From Planctomycetota bacterium (GTDB lineage Bacteria; Planctomycetota; B15-G4; JADJEK01), in NCBI GenBank assembly GCA_044225365.1, contig JBGAIQ010000022.1:27562-91561 (forward strand): a stretch of 64,000 nt of DNA. The letters run 5' to 3'. How positions within the stretch are numbered: position 1 is the first letter of the stretch; each line of letters starts with the position of its first letter. Of this stretch, positions 7,306-17,751 are shown piece by piece. Both the position numbers and the translations under genes were made by a program. The notes beneath the pieces are model-generated. The model was not told the DNA's origin, did not search any database, and saw only the letters and a list, made by a program, of their open reading frames with translations.

Positions 7306-9873
7306 TCAGTTGCCGAAGAGCAGATGCAGGCCGTTGCTGAGAGCGACCTGGTAATGCGTCGGTGAGGCCGGATCCATCACCGCCATCTGCAGGTACACGT
7401 CGTCGTCGCAGAAGTTGGCGTTGTCGCCGACCGGCAGCGGGAGGACGAGAGTGCCCGTGCCATCCGTCATGCCGACCGCGTAGAGCCAGTTCGGGACGAC
7501 GTACAGCGTGCCGTGATCGAACGGAACCGCCGTCGGCTGGACACCGATCAGGAGGAACACGGGCTGATTCGCAACCGTGTTGTCGAGTCGGAGTCCGAAC
7601 GTCTGGTTCGGAACCTTCGGGAGACCGAGCGCCTGGAGGTGCGGATGACCGCCACCGCTATCGACCTCGCTCGTGCCGTACTCGGTCTGGGTGGACGTCG
7701 TCACGCACGTGCTCGGACCCGCGGGCATGAGGACCATGAAGATGTCCTCGTTGCCGTTCCACGTCTGATCGATCGAGTTCGTCGTGGTCGGGAAGTCGGT
7801 CGAGAACGTTCCGCCGGCCTCGTAGAAGGAGCCGACGGCGTGGACGTTCATCGCGAAACCGACGTCGAACCCGCTACCGCCGATGTACGTCGAGTAGTCC
7901 GCGGCGCTGCCGTCGGCCGTGAGCCGGGTGCAGATCGCGTCCTGCGCGCCGTTGTACGTCGGATCGAAGGCCGTCGAGGTCGTCGGGTAGTCGAGGGACT
8001 CCGTCCAACCCGCGAGGTACGCCTCGCCGTTGACGTCGGTGTCGATGCCGTTGATGACGTCGACTTCGATACCGCCGATGTACGTGGCGTACACCGCGGC
8101 CGTACCCGTCGAATTCAACCGCAGCACGAAACCGTCACCGTTGCCGTTGGGCGTCGTGTCGAACGCGCCCACCGTCGTCGGGAACACCGACGACAGCGTG
8201 TAGCCCGCGGCGTAGACGTCCTGACCTTCGACCGCGACGCCGCGGACGACTTCGGACGAACCACCCGTGAACGAGCTGAGCAGGAGCTGTGAACCATCGG
8301 CGCTGATCTTCGAGACGATGCCGTTCGAGTTACCGTTCGGCACCGAGGCGTAGGCGCCCGGCGACGTCGGATAATCGTTGGAGATCGACCAACCGCCGAC
8401 ATAGGCATTGCCCTGCGTGTCGATGTCGATCGAGTTCGCGATGTCGACGTCGATTCCGCCGATGAAGGTCGACCACGCGAGGCCCGAGCCATTCGGCAGG
8501 AACTTGGTGCAGAACACGTCGACGATGCCGTTGAAAGTGGTGTCGTACGCGCCCGGGGTGGTCGGGAAGTTCGAGGAACCCGCGAAGCCACCGACGTAGA
8601 CGTTCGAGAAATCGTCGACCGCGATGCCCTGCCCGCCGAGCGAACCCTCTTCGCTCGCGCCGCCGAGGAACGATGACCACACGAGACTGTCGCCTTCCGG
8701 CGTCAGCTTCGTCACGAAGGTGTCGCCCGCGCCGTTCTCGCTCGTATCGAACGCGCCAACCGTGACCGGGAAGTTCAGCGACTTGGTGCCGCCCGTGACG
8801 TAGGCGTACCCCGCCTTGTCGACGACGACGCCGTGACCGAAGTCACCGAGCGAGCCGCCGATGTAGGTCGAGTAGTGCATCTGGCTGCCGGTCGCGTCCG
8901 TCTTGATGCAGAACACGTCGACGTCGCCGTTCTGGGTAACGTCGAACGAACCCGCCTGCGTCGGGAAGTCGATCGACTTCGTGTCGCCAGCGATGAACAG
9001 GTTGCAGCCCTGATCGACGGAGACACCGCAGCCGTGCTCGGTGCCCGAGCCGCCGAGGTACGCGCCGTACGAGATGCCCGGGTCGACGACGAGGCCGAGG
9101 CCCGCGTCGAGGTTCGGCGCCGCGAAGCCGTAGGTCTGCGAGTCGAGCATCACGAAGTGGCTGTCGACCGGATGGCGATTGCCCTTCGCGTCGAGCTGCC
9201 AGCTCGTCGGGAACCGCTGAGTGAGTTCGCCCCACTTGGTGGTCGCGACGAGTTCGCCCTTCGCACCGAGCGAGAGACTCTCGGCGCCTTCGCAGCGAAT
9301 GCGAACCTGATCGAGGCTCGCGCCGGGAGCGAGTTCGAGATCGTACTCGAGGCTTCCCTGCTGCTCACGAACGATGAGATCGACTCCGGGATAGAGCCCC
9401 TGATAGCGGACCGCGCCGAACGACGGGACATTGGAGCGCCACGCGCCCGGGTCCTGACCGCGGAGGAAGTTGAACTTCGCCGCGTTCGGGTCTTCACCGC
9501 GCAGGACGACGTCCTTCGACGCGCCTTCGAACGCGTAACGCAGCACCGCGCCGCGATAGTCGGACTCGCCGTCGACGCTCGCCGCCGTCTCGTCGAGTTC
9601 GAGGACGAACGTGTCGTTCGTCATGTAGACGCCGAGCCCACCGCGCCGCGCGGCGAACTTCGCCGCGGGATCGATCTGACCCTGGTTCTCGAAGAAGAGC
9701 ACCGGTAGGTGCGTGCTCTTCATCGCGGAGGTCGCGATCGGTTGCCCAATGGTATGGGCGGTATGGGCGGTATGGGCGGTTTGGGCGGTGTCCGCGCCCT
9801 TCGCAATCGGAGCGATTGCGAACGGCAGCAAGGGCGCCGCAATTAAGAATAGAACAGAGTGATTTCGGGACAT
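7306..9873 (-). CDS. Secreted SBBP (beta-propeller repeat) protein with a C-terminal planctomycete-type domain
   Basis: Signal peptide. N-terminal F.ENQGQ...LYPGVD..LEYD domain. Repeated STY(I/L)GGS..D....I.VD..G.AY..G.T.S.DFPTT.GA.D motifs. Confidence 0.9.
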   Translation of the reverse strand: MSRNHSVLFLIAAPLLPFAIAPIAKGADTAQTAHTAHTAHTIGQPIATSAMKSTHLPVLFFENQGQIDPAAKFAARRGGLGVYMTNDTFVLELDETAASVDGESDYRGAVLRYAFEGASKDVVLRGEDPNAAKFNFLRGQDPGAWRSNVPSFGAVRYQGLYPGVDLIVREQQGSLEYDLELAPGASLDQVRIRCEGAESLSLGAKGELVATTKWGELTQRFPTSWQLDAKGNRHPVDSHFVMLDSQTYGFAAPNLDAGLGLVVDPGISYGAYLGGSGTEHGCGVSVDQGCNLFIAGDTKSIDFPTQAGSFDVTQNGDVDVFCIKTDATGSQMHYSTYIGGSLGDFGHGVVVDKAGYAYVTGGTKSLNFPVTVGAFDTSENGAGDTFVTKLTPEGDSLVWSSFLGGASEEGSLGGQGIAVDDFSNVYVGGFAGSSNFPTTPGAYDTTFNGIVDVFCTKFLPNGSGLAWSTFIGGIDVDIANSIDIDTQGNAYVGGWSISNDYPTSPGAYASVPNGNSNGIVSKISADGSQLLLSSFTGGSSEVVRGVAVEGQDVYAAGYTLSSVFPTTVGAFDTTPNGNGDGFVLRLNSTGTAAVYATYIGGIEVDVINGIDTDVNGEAYLAGWTESLDYPTTSTAFDPTYNGAQDAICTRLTADGSAADYSTYIGGSGFDVGFAMNVHAVGSFYEAGGTFSTDFPTTTNSIDQTWNGNEDIFMVLMPAGPSTCVTTSTQTEYGTSEVDSGGGHPHLQALGLPKVPNQTFGLRLDNTVANQPVFLLIGVQPTAVPFDHGTLYVVPNWLYAVGMTDGTGTLVLPLPVGDNANFCDDDVYLQMAVMDPASPTHYQVALSNGLHLLFGN
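9751..9789 (-). repeat. In-frame 9-bp tandem repeat (about 4 copies) encoding TAQ-TAH-TAH-TAH
   Basis: (GGTATGGGC)3 GGTTTGGGC GGT on the + strand, just after the signal peptide of 7306..9873. Confidence 0.9.
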
Positions 9874-10068
9874 GGTAAGAAACTCTCCCTCCGCAGGCCG
9901 CTTGTCGGGTGTGACCTTCTCGATGAACGACTCGCATGAACGAACGCCGGATTTTCGGGATACCGGCTTGGGCGGGTGCCCAGGATAACACAGGTCTCAG
10001 GGTTCGACGAGGGGAAGTTGGGCGAACCTCGGCAGCCCAAAACCCCCCGACACGTTGGGATCATCCGG

Positions 10069-11142
10069 TCAGGGGAACGCCCGATCGCTGGATCCGGGAC
10101 ACGCTGAAAACGTCTCTCTTCCGCCGGACTCAACGTGAATTCGGTGAAAAAACTCGAGGACTCGATTCTCGGCCCAATGGCGATCGAGATCGCGCCGCCC
10201 GGTCGCCCAGCGCCCCGGCCGCGCCCCCACAAATCCCAGATGTCCACCGTGTTGTGTCAGGACGACCGTTACACGTGAGTTGGCGCGAAGCGCGGGGTCG
10301 AGAAGCGGGTCGGAGGGAACGAGCGTGTCGTCGAGCGCCGACACGATGAGGGTCGGGCGTTCGATCCCGCCGCTGAGCGGAAGGGCCGAACACCGGGCGT
10401 AGTAGTCGGCGGCGTCGACGAAACCGAAGTACGGTGCGGTAAAAAATCCGTCGAATTCTCGGACTGTGGCGACCGAATCAAGGCGCGAGAGGTCGAGGTT
10501 CGCGGGTCGGATCCGCGCTCTGCGGCGCACCTCTTCCTTCAAGCGCAGAACGAATCGCGACTGATAGATCCGATTCATTCCGCCGCGGTCGAGCGCGTCC
10601 GCGCAGTTCGCAAGATCGAGCGGCGGGGAGATCGCGGCGAAGGCGAGCACGTTGGAGGGACCCTGCCCGCCCCATTCTCCCGCAAGCTTCAGCGCCAGGT
10701 TGCCGCCGAGCGAGAATCCGACGACGTAGAGCGGGCCCGGGTCTTCAGCCCCGAGTTCCATGAGCACGGACGCGAGGTCGTTCGACATTCCCGAGTGATA
10801 GAGCGTCGGCGCATCGACCTCCGTCCCGCCCGCTCCGCGCAGGTTGACGCGCGCGGTGCGTAGCCCGAGAGAGAGGGCCTTCTCCGCCGTTCCTCGCATG
10901 TACACCGCGTCCGCGGATCCCGTGAGGCCATGCACCAGCACGAGGGTGCCGCGCGCGGGAGTCGGCGGATCGTCGACGATGACGACGACATGCACTCCTT
11001 CGTCCACTCTCACGCGTCGCCGGACGCTTCGCACTCCGAGCAGCCGCGTTCGTCGCGGCCAGTACGCCGCCGCGATCGTCATGGCATGCGACGAACGCAG
11101 GAGTGGGTGCGGAACGAATGGACTGGGGAGATCGGGCGACAT
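10069..11142 (-). CDS. YheT-family alpha/beta hydrolase
   Basis: HGLTGS, NLRGAGG, YHSG.S.D, nucleophile GFSLGG, DD..VP and GGH.GF motifs. Start MSPDLPSPF. Confidence 0.9.
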   Translation of the reverse strand: MSPDLPSPFVPHPLLRSSHAMTIAAAYWPRRTRLLGVRSVRRRVRVDEGVHVVVIVDDPPTPARGTLVLVHGLTGSADAVYMRGTAEKALSLGLRTARVNLRGAGGTEVDAPTLYHSGMSNDLASVLMELGAEDPGPLYVVGFSLGGNLALKLAGEWGGQGPSNVLAFAAISPPLDLANCADALDRGGMNRIYQSRFVLRLKEEVRRRARIRPANLDLSRLDSVATVREFDGFFTAPYFGFVDAADYYARCSALPLSGGIERPTLIVSALDDTLVPSDPLLDPALRANSRVTVVLTQHGGHLGFVGARPGRWATGRRDLDRHWAENRVLEFFHRIHVESGGRETFSACPGSSDRAFP

Positions 11143-11241
11143 GTACCCCACGATACGGTACGGAGGAGGGAGTCGCGACGACAGGACGCGTCGTCGCGGA
11201 CCATTCCCTCGGCGCGCGCGACATGCGATCATCCCCGAACG

Positions 11242-12120
11242 ATGCTCCACTACGAAGGCACGCTCTACCGCCCCCCGTCCGAAGCCGAGAGCCTGATCCT
11301 GCAGGCGACGATCGGGTGTTCGTACAACGAATGCGCGTTCTGCGGCATGTATCGCGAGAAGCGATTCCGCGTGCGGCCGATCGAGGATCTGCGTCGCGAG
11401 ATCGCCTTCGCGAAGGAAAACTACGGCACGGTGCGCAAGGTCTTCCTCGCGGACGGCGACGCGCTGGTCGCGCGGCCGACGTTCCTGCACTCCGTTCTCG
11501 CAGCATTACGGGAGGCGTTTCCATCATTGCGACGGGTCTCGTGCTACGCGTCGCCGCAAGCTCTCCTCGCACGGAGCGTCGCCGACATGGAGTCGCTCGC
11601 GAAGGCCGGACTCGGACAGTACTACCTCGGGGTCGAGAGCGGCCACGATGCGGTGCTCTCCAAGCTGACGAAGGGCGTGGACAGCGCGAAGATGATCGAA
11701 GCCGCGAGCAAGGCGACGCAGGCCGGTGTCGTGCTCTCGACGATGATCCTGCTCGGCGCCGGTGGGCGCGCGCTCTCGCTCGATCACGCCCGGGAATCGG
11801 CGCGAGTGATCAACGCGATCGCGCCGCGGTTCGTGAGTACGCTCGTGATGACACCGGTCGAGGGCACGCCGCTCTTCGAAGCGGCGCGCCGCGGCGAGGT
11901 CGATGAGCTCGATCCCGTCGAACTGACCCGCGAATTGCGCGAGTTCGTCGTCGGACTCGAACTCCGCGGCTCGATCTTCCGCTCGAACCACGCGAGCAAC
12001 TACCTGCCCCTCGGCGGGAACCTGCCGAAGGACAAGGCCGCGATCATCGCGGCGCTCGACCACGTCCTCGCGACCCCGCACGATGCCCCCTTCCGCGACG
12101 AGTGGATGCGCGGGCTCTGA
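11242..12120 (+). CDS. Radical SAM protein
   Basis: YRPPSEAESLILQATIGCSYNECAFCGMY (CX4CX2C spacing), FLADGDA, YLGVESG, FRSNHASNY. Confidence 0.9.
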   Translation: MLHYEGTLYRPPSEAESLILQATIGCSYNECAFCGMYREKRFRVRPIEDLRREIAFAKENYGTVRKVFLADGDALVARPTFLHSVLAALREAFPSLRRVSCYASPQALLARSVADMESLAKAGLGQYYLGVESGHDAVLSKLTKGVDSAKMIEAASKATQAGVVLSTMILLGAGGRALSLDHARESARVINAIAPRFVSTLVMTPVEGTPLFEAARRGEVDELDPVELTRELREFVVGLELRGSIFRSNHASNYLPLGGNLPKDKAAIIAALDHVLATPHDAPFRDEWMRGL

Positions 12121-12168
12121 GTCGACAATCCGCCTTCGAAATGCTCCGCATTCGCTACTCTTTGCGCC

Positions 12169-13494
12169 ATGACGCAGGGCGGGCGAAACGACGACGAGAA
12201 TCCCCACGACGCCGGGAAGAGTCCGCGCGCAGTCGGCAAGGATTGGACAGAACGCCATCTGTGGCAGATCGAACCGATCCGCGACGTGCTGGTCGCACTC
12301 GGCCTCTACTTCTTCCTCTCGCTCGGCGCGCGTCTCTCGATCGTCACCGTTCCGTTCCTCGTCGCCCTCCTCCTCGCCTACTTGTTCGATCCCCTGCTCA
12401 CGCGACTCGAGAAGGTGCGGTTCTTCTCACGCCGCTCTGCGGCGGCGGCCTTCGCGATCGGGGCGAGCGTCATCGTGGGTGGTTCGCTCGCGATCGGATT
12501 CGGATTTGGCGTGATCCAAAGCGCCCGACTCGCGACGACGCTGACGGCGAAAGCGAGTGCCGTGCTGAAGAGCGTCGACGATCCGGAGAACGCGGAACTG
12601 CGGACCGCTCTCGGTAGCGGCGCCTGGCTCAGTATCCGCGATTCGATCGTGGATCTGCGAAGCCGTGAGAGTTCGACCGCGACGACCGCGGAAGGCGAGC
12701 CGCCCCGCGGACATCTTCGCTATCTCGGCATCGAGCGCGAGGACGTCGCCGCCGCGATCGACCGCGGCATCGCGTGGCTGCGAACGAATTCGTCGCTCGT
12801 CACCGAACAGGCGATCGCGACGGGCGCGGGCGCCGTCGGATCCGCCGTTTCGTTCGTCGGCTCCCTCGGCTTCACCCTGTTCGGATTGTTCCTCACGGCG
12901 TTCTTCTTCTTCTTCTTCGCCACCGAATGGGACGCCGTCGTCGGCTTCGTGCGATCGCTCCTGCCCGACGACAATCGCGATCGTGCGGTCGAGATCGCGC
13001 ACAAGATGGACCGGGCGATCTCGGGGTTCATTCGCGGACGCCTGCTGATCGCTTTGTTCCTCGCCGGGTTCTACACCAGCGGGTTCACCTTCATGGGCGT
13101 TCCCGCGCCGTTGCTGATGGGCGGCGCGATCGCATTGCTCTCGCTCGTGCCCTACGCGGTGCTTTGCGGCATCCCGTTCGTGATCGTGTTCCTGTGGCTC
13201 GAGTCGCTCACCGGTTTTCGCGGCACGTGGTGGTGGATCGTCGGCGCGCCGATCGTGTGGTATCAGGTCGGTCAGATCCTCGACGACTACATCCTCACTC
13301 CCGCGATCCAGGGCAAGGCGACCGATCTCGCGACGCCGGAGATCGTGTTCGCGTCGCTCGCGGCGGGTTCGCTCTTCGGCATCTTCGGTTTGCTCGTCGC
13401 GATCCCGTCGGCCGCCTGCCTCAAGATCCTCGTGAAGGAAGTGTTCTGGCCCCGCTACCGGGCCTGGAGCCGTAGCCGCACCGCTTCGAGTTGA
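12169..13494 (+). CDS. AI-2E family transporter
   Basis: Multiple TM helices. PFLVALLLAYLFDP, GFIRG.LL, LTP.IQG, and G.LFGIFGLLVAIP..A.LK motifs. Confidence 0.9.
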   Translation: MTQGGRNDDENPHDAGKSPRAVGKDWTERHLWQIEPIRDVLVALGLYFFLSLGARLSIVTVPFLVALLLAYLFDPLLTRLEKVRFFSRRSAAAAFAIGASVIVGGSLAIGFGFGVIQSARLATTLTAKASAVLKSVDDPENAELRTALGSGAWLSIRDSIVDLRSRESSTATTAEGEPPRGHLRYLGIEREDVAAAIDRGIAWLRTNSSLVTEQAIATGAGAVGSAVSFVGSLGFTLFGLFLTAFFFFFFATEWDAVVGFVRSLLPDDNRDRAVEIAHKMDRAISGFIRGRLLIALFLAGFYTSGFTFMGVPAPLLMGGAIALLSLVPYAVLCGIPFVIVFLWLESLTGFRGTWWWIVGAPIVWYQVGQILDDYILTPAIQGKATDLATPEIVFASLAAGSLFGIFGLLVAIPSAACLKILVKEVFWPRYRAWSRSRTASS

Positions 13495-15203
13495 ACGAGA
13501 TCGGAACGAGTCCCATGATCCTCGACGTCGTCGTCGCGAGCCTTCTCGCCGCCACTCCACGCATCGACATCCAGTTGCCGCACGCGGCCGCGCCGATCGA
13601 TGGGCGCCTCGTCATCGTCCTCACGAAGGACGGAGAGAGCGAGCCGCGACTCCAAGTGCACGACGGGCCGAACTGCCCTCAGGTCTTCGGAAGCGATGTC
13701 GACTCCGCCGCGCCGGGTTCGACGGTCTCGATCGGGAGCGGGGTCATGGGTTATCCCATCGCCGATCTCTCGAACTTGCCGGCCGGCGACTACTTCGTCC
13801 AAGCCGTGCTCCACGTCTACGACACGTTCCATCGCGCCGATGGCCACGTGGTGAAGCTGCCAATGGATCACGGCGAAGGTCAGCAGTGGAATCGAGCGCC
13901 CGGCGATCCCTACTCGACCGCGCGAAAGATCCACTTCGATCCCAAGGCGTCGGAACCGATCTCGCTCGTGCTCGACCTCGTCGTCCCGCCGATCCCACCC
14001 GAGCCCGACACGAAGTACGTGAAGCACGTGCGCATCCGCAGCGAGCTGCTCTCGAAGTTCTGGGGCCGCGACATGTATCTCGGCGCGAGCGTGTTGCTGC
14101 CGTTCGAGTTCGAAGAACATCCCTCGTCGCATTATCCGCTCCTCCTCTTCCACGGCCATTTCGAGAGCGGCTTCGGCGAGTTCCGCGAGACTCCGCCCGA
14201 CCCGACCCTGAAGCCCGACTACAACGACCGATTCCGGCTTCGCGGCTACAACAGGATCCAGCAGGAGCAGAGCTACGAACTCTTCAAGACCTGGACCTCA
14301 CCACAATTCCCGCGCTACCTCGTCGTGAAGGTCCAGCACGCGAACCCCTACTACGACGATTCCTACGCCGTGAACTCGGCGAACCTCGGCCCGTACGGCG
14401 ACGCGATCCAGCACGAACTCCTGCCCGCGATCGAAAATCGGTTTCGTGGGATCGGCGAGGGCTGGGCGCGCTTCACCTGCGGCGGGTCGACGGGAGGATG
14501 GGAAGCGCTCGCGGTGCAGCTCTTCTATCCCGACGATTTCAACGGCTGCTTCGCGGCCTGCCCCGATCCGATCGACTTCCGCGCGTACACGGTCATCAAC
14601 ATCTACGAAGCGGTCAACGCCTACTACACCGAAGGCGACTTCCATCGCATCCCCCAGCCCGCGATGCGCGACTTCATGAATCGCACGACGTCGACCGTCG
14701 AAGCCGCAAACCATCTCGAGCTGGTCCTCGGCACGCACTCGCGCTCCGGCCAGCAGTTCGACATCTGGGAAGCGGTCTACGGCCCGCTCGGCGAGGATGG
14801 ATATCCCGCGCGCATTTTCGACAAAGAGACCGGGGTCATCGATCACGGGGTCGCAAACTACTGGCGCGATCACTTCGACCTGCGCGCCATCCTCGAGCGC
14901 GACTGGTCGACGCTCGGCCCGAAGCTGCAGGGCAAGCTGCACATCTATTGCGGCACGATGGACAACTACTTCCTCGACAATGCCGTCGCGATGATGGACG
15001 AGTACCTGAAGTCGACGACGAATCCGCATTCGGACGCGTTCGTCGATTTCGGCCTGCGCGCCGAGCACTGCTGGAACGGCGACCACACGCGCCCCAACGC
15101 GATCTCCCGCCTGCGCTACCCCGTGATGTACGCCGATCTCATGCTGGCTCGAATGACGCAGTCGGCACCGCGGGGCGCGGACCTCACGAGCTGGCGTTAC
15201 TGA
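13491..15203 (+). CDS. Putative secreted esterase (alpha/beta-hydrolase fold)
   Basis: GGSTGGW nucleophile elbow, DSYAVNSANLGPYGDAI, G..DNYFL, and a C-terminal HCW. Alternative ATG at 13515. Confidence 0.8.
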   Translation: MNEIGTSPMILDVVVASLLAATPRIDIQLPHAAAPIDGRLVIVLTKDGESEPRLQVHDGPNCPQVFGSDVDSAAPGSTVSIGSGVMGYPIADLSNLPAGDYFVQAVLHVYDTFHRADGHVVKLPMDHGEGQQWNRAPGDPYSTARKIHFDPKASEPISLVLDLVVPPIPPEPDTKYVKHVRIRSELLSKFWGRDMYLGASVLLPFEFEEHPSSHYPLLLFHGHFESGFGEFRETPPDPTLKPDYNDRFRLRGYNRIQQEQSYELFKTWTSPQFPRYLVVKVQHANPYYDDSYAVNSANLGPYGDAIQHELLPAIENRFRGIGEGWARFTCGGSTGGWEALAVQLFYPDDFNGCFAACPDPIDFRAYTVINIYEAVNAYYTEGDFHRIPQPAMRDFMNRTTSTVEAANHLELVLGTHSRSGQQFDIWEAVYGPLGEDGYPARIFDKETGVIDHGVANYWRDHFDLRAILERDWSTLGPKLQGKLHIYCGTMDNYFLDNAVAMMDEYLKSTTNPHSDAFVDFGLRAEHCWNGDHTRPNAISRLRYPVMYADLMLARMTQSAPRGADLTSWRY

Positions 15204-15218
15204 CGCCCCCCGCATCGA

Positions 15219-15393
15219 ATCGCAGCCGTAACCGCCGAATCCGGCGGCGGCGGATCGCAGCCGTAACCGCCGAATCCGGCGGCGGCGGATCGCAGCCGTG
15301 ACCGCCGAAACTGGCGGCGGCGGATCGCAGCCGTAACCGCCGAAACTGGCGGCGGCGGATCGCAGCCGTGACCGCCGAAACCGGCGGCGGCGG
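15219..15393. repeat. Tandem array of five 35-bp palindromic (REP-like) units
   Basis: Unit ATCGCAGCCGT(A/G)ACCGCCGAA(T/A)C(C/T)GGCGGCGGCGG x5 between convergent genes, with no unique spacers. Confidence 0.95.
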
Positions 15394-15473
15394 CCCGGCC
15401 GCGGATGAACTCTCGCGTCAGCGAGACGTCGACCGACTCCACGCGAGTCGTTCAACACGATGGAGCATCGGGA

Positions 15474-15824
15474 TCAGGTCGCCCGCCTGCGCTTCGTCGT
15501 TCCCGTTCGCTTCGACTTCGCCGCCACGAACTCCCATGCTTCGCGTAGCGCCTTCGAGATCGTCGCTTTCCTCGCTCGCTCCAGTTTCACGATCGTGGAG
15601 CCGGCCCTTCCCCACGCGCCCTTCGCGGGCTCGAAAACGGTCGGCTCGGCGACGACGTAACGAGCCTGCGCCTCGGGGGGCAGTTGGACCATCCCCCAGA
15701 CTTCGCCCGGGCCGAGCGTCGCGAAGATCTTGCCGCCGACGCGAAAATCGGGGTGATGCATGTGCGACGCCTCGACGACGTCCGGCAGGGCGAGCGCGAG
15801 CGCGCGGAATTCGTTCGGTGACAT
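15474..15824 (-). CDS. MmcQ/YjbR-family protein
   Basis: MSPNEFRALALALP..VE.SHM.HPDFRVGGKIFATL...GAWGR.G.T.V.L..ALREAW. Confidence 0.85.
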   Translation of the reverse strand: MSPNEFRALALALPDVVEASHMHHPDFRVGGKIFATLGPGEVWGMVQLPPEAQARYVVAEPTVFEPAKGAWGRAGSTIVKLERARKATISKALREAWEFVAAKSKRTGTTKRRRAT

Positions 15825-15906
15825 GGTTCCCTCGCTGGGCCGATCGTAATCCAAGCCAAAACGCCGGAGCCCAACGGTTCCCTGGGTACTCGCGTATTTT
15901 GACGCC

Positions 15907-17676
15907 ATGAGAACGCCACGACTCCCCCGCCTCGCGCTCGCATTCGCCGCACTCGCCGGTGTCCTGCGTTCGCAGGCCGCCGCGCAGATCCACGACCTCG
16001 ACTACCGCTTCGAACTGACGAAAGATCCGGACGATGACCCCGCCGACGATCCGAGTCCGCTCCTGCGACTCGAACTCTCGACGAACGGCGACGCGAGCGG
16101 CGCGACGGCGTTCGAGATCGCCGATTCCTGGGCGGGCTTCCAGAACACGGCGGCAGCCGTGAAGGACGTCGTCGCACGCGGCGCCGACGGGCGGCATCTC
16201 GAGATCGATCACCCGCGCGGAGATCAGTGGGTCGTCCATCACGAACCGAACGAGCGCGTCGACCTCTACTGGTCGTTCGCGGAATCGACCTACGACCACC
16301 CGCTCGTGAAGAGCGACCGCAATGAATACCGAGTGATCCTGGAGCCGGGAGTCCTGCATCTCATCGGCGAGGTCGGCCTCATCGTCCCATCGAAGCGCGT
16401 GCACGGCGATCCGTGCGAGATCGGCCTCATCTGGAGCGGCTTTCGCGAAGCGGGTTGGAACGTGATCAGCTCGTTCGCACCCGACGATCGGCCGTGGTCG
16501 GGCAAGCTCGCCGTCGACAAGTTCCGTCACGCGATCTTCCTGGCGGGAAAGCTGCGGGTCGAGGAACGCGTGGTCCACGACCACCCGCTCCGCATCGCGA
16601 TCTTCGGCGATGACTGGGGCTTCACCGACGCGGAGTTCGCCGATCTCTGCGCGAGCATCGTCACGGCCGAGCGCGAGTTCTTCTCCGACTTCGATTTCCC
16701 GCACTACCTCGTCTCGCTCCTCCCCGTTGGTAAGTACATCGAGGGCGGTCACTCGATCGGTGGCACCGGTCTCACCAATTCGTTCGCGATGTTCATGATG
16801 CCCGGGAAGAAGAACACCCTCCCATCGCCGAACGGACGCCGTGTCGCGCGCGTGCTCGCCCACGAGATGTTCCACCATTGGAATGGAAACTCGTTCGCGC
16901 TCGCCGAGCCCGAGCAACTCGCGTACTGGTTCTCCGAGGGCTTCACCGACTTCTACGCGCGACGCATACTGCATCGCGCGCGAATCGCGGACGACGCGGA
17001 CTTCGTCGCGCAGCTCAACGAGAAGCTCGAGGACTACCAGACCTCGAAAGTCGTGTCCGCTCCCGCGACGCGGATCCTCGCGGACTTCTGGACGGACGAG
17101 AACGTGCAGCATCTGCCCTATCAGCGTGGCGACGTCGTCGCGATGCTCATCGATTCACGCATCCGCGCGAAGACCTCGGGCAAGCAGAGCCTCGACGATC
17201 TCATGCGCGCGATCGTCGCCGAGGGCCGGAAGCGGGAGACTCCGTTCTCCGTCGACGACTTGCTGGACCGCATCGAGACGGCGACCGACGCCGCGACGAA
17301 GTCGCTCGTGCGCGGTATCGTCGTCGACGGCAACGTCGCGAGGATCGACCCCTCTTGGTTCGCACCGTGCCTCGTCGCGCGCGAGGAAGAACGCGGCGCA
17401 TTCGAGCTCGGCTTCGACTTCGAGCAGACCAAGAAGTTCAAGACGATCACGGGCGTCGTGAAGGACTCGCGCGCGTACGTCGCGGGCCTGCGCGACGGGC
17501 AGCCGCTGCGCGGAGCGACGGTTCAGTTCGGCGACACGCATCGCGAGGTCGAGATCCAGGTGAAGGACGGAACTTCGGATAAGACGATCCGATTCTTGCC
17601 CGTCGGCCGTGGCCCGAAGATCACGCTCTTCTCGCTCGATCCAAAAGCGCCAGACGGCTGCTGTGGCGCGTTCTGA
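15907..17676 (+). CDS. M61-like (gluzincin) secreted metallopeptidase with PDZ-like C-terminus
   Basis: Signal peptide, HEMFHHWN zinc motif, YWFSEGFTDFY, PYQRG, SLDDLMR, and DSRAYVAGLRDG (PDZ-like). Confidence 0.88.
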   Translation: MRTPRLPRLALAFAALAGVLRSQAAAQIHDLDYRFELTKDPDDDPADDPSPLLRLELSTNGDASGATAFEIADSWAGFQNTAAAVKDVVARGADGRHLEIDHPRGDQWVVHHEPNERVDLYWSFAESTYDHPLVKSDRNEYRVILEPGVLHLIGEVGLIVPSKRVHGDPCEIGLIWSGFREAGWNVISSFAPDDRPWSGKLAVDKFRHAIFLAGKLRVEERVVHDHPLRIAIFGDDWGFTDAEFADLCASIVTAEREFFSDFDFPHYLVSLLPVGKYIEGGHSIGGTGLTNSFAMFMMPGKKNTLPSPNGRRVARVLAHEMFHHWNGNSFALAEPEQLAYWFSEGFTDFYARRILHRARIADDADFVAQLNEKLEDYQTSKVVSAPATRILADFWTDENVQHLPYQRGDVVAMLIDSRIRAKTSGKQSLDDLMRAIVAEGRKRETPFSVDDLLDRIETATDAATKSLVRGIVVDGNVARIDPSWFAPCLVAREEERGAFELGFDFEQTKKFKTITGVVKDSRAYVAGLRDGQPLRGATVQFGDTHREVEIQVKDGTSDKTIRFLPVGRGPKITLFSLDPKAPDGCCGAF

Positions 17677-17686
17677 GCACGAAGAG

Positions 17687-17723
17687 CGACGCCCGCTCCG
17701 TCGAATCGACGAAGCGGGCGTCG
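17687..17723. terminator. Long hairpin between convergent genes
   Basis: CGACGCCCGCTCCGTCG-AAT-CGACGAAGCGGGCGTCG, 16 of 17 bp paired. Confidence 0.6.
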
Positions 17724-17751
17724 TGGGAACGCGTCGAGGGTTGATTGGAGG

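Noticed and set aside
11290-11345. CX4CX2C radical SAM motif as a novelty
   Set aside because: This spacing is typical of the widespread YRPPSEA-type radical SAM subfamily.
15219-15393. CRISPR interpretation of the 35-bp arrays (also 31126-31300 and 63863-64000)
   Set aside because: Units are head-to-tail with no unique spacers, and no cas genes are in the window.
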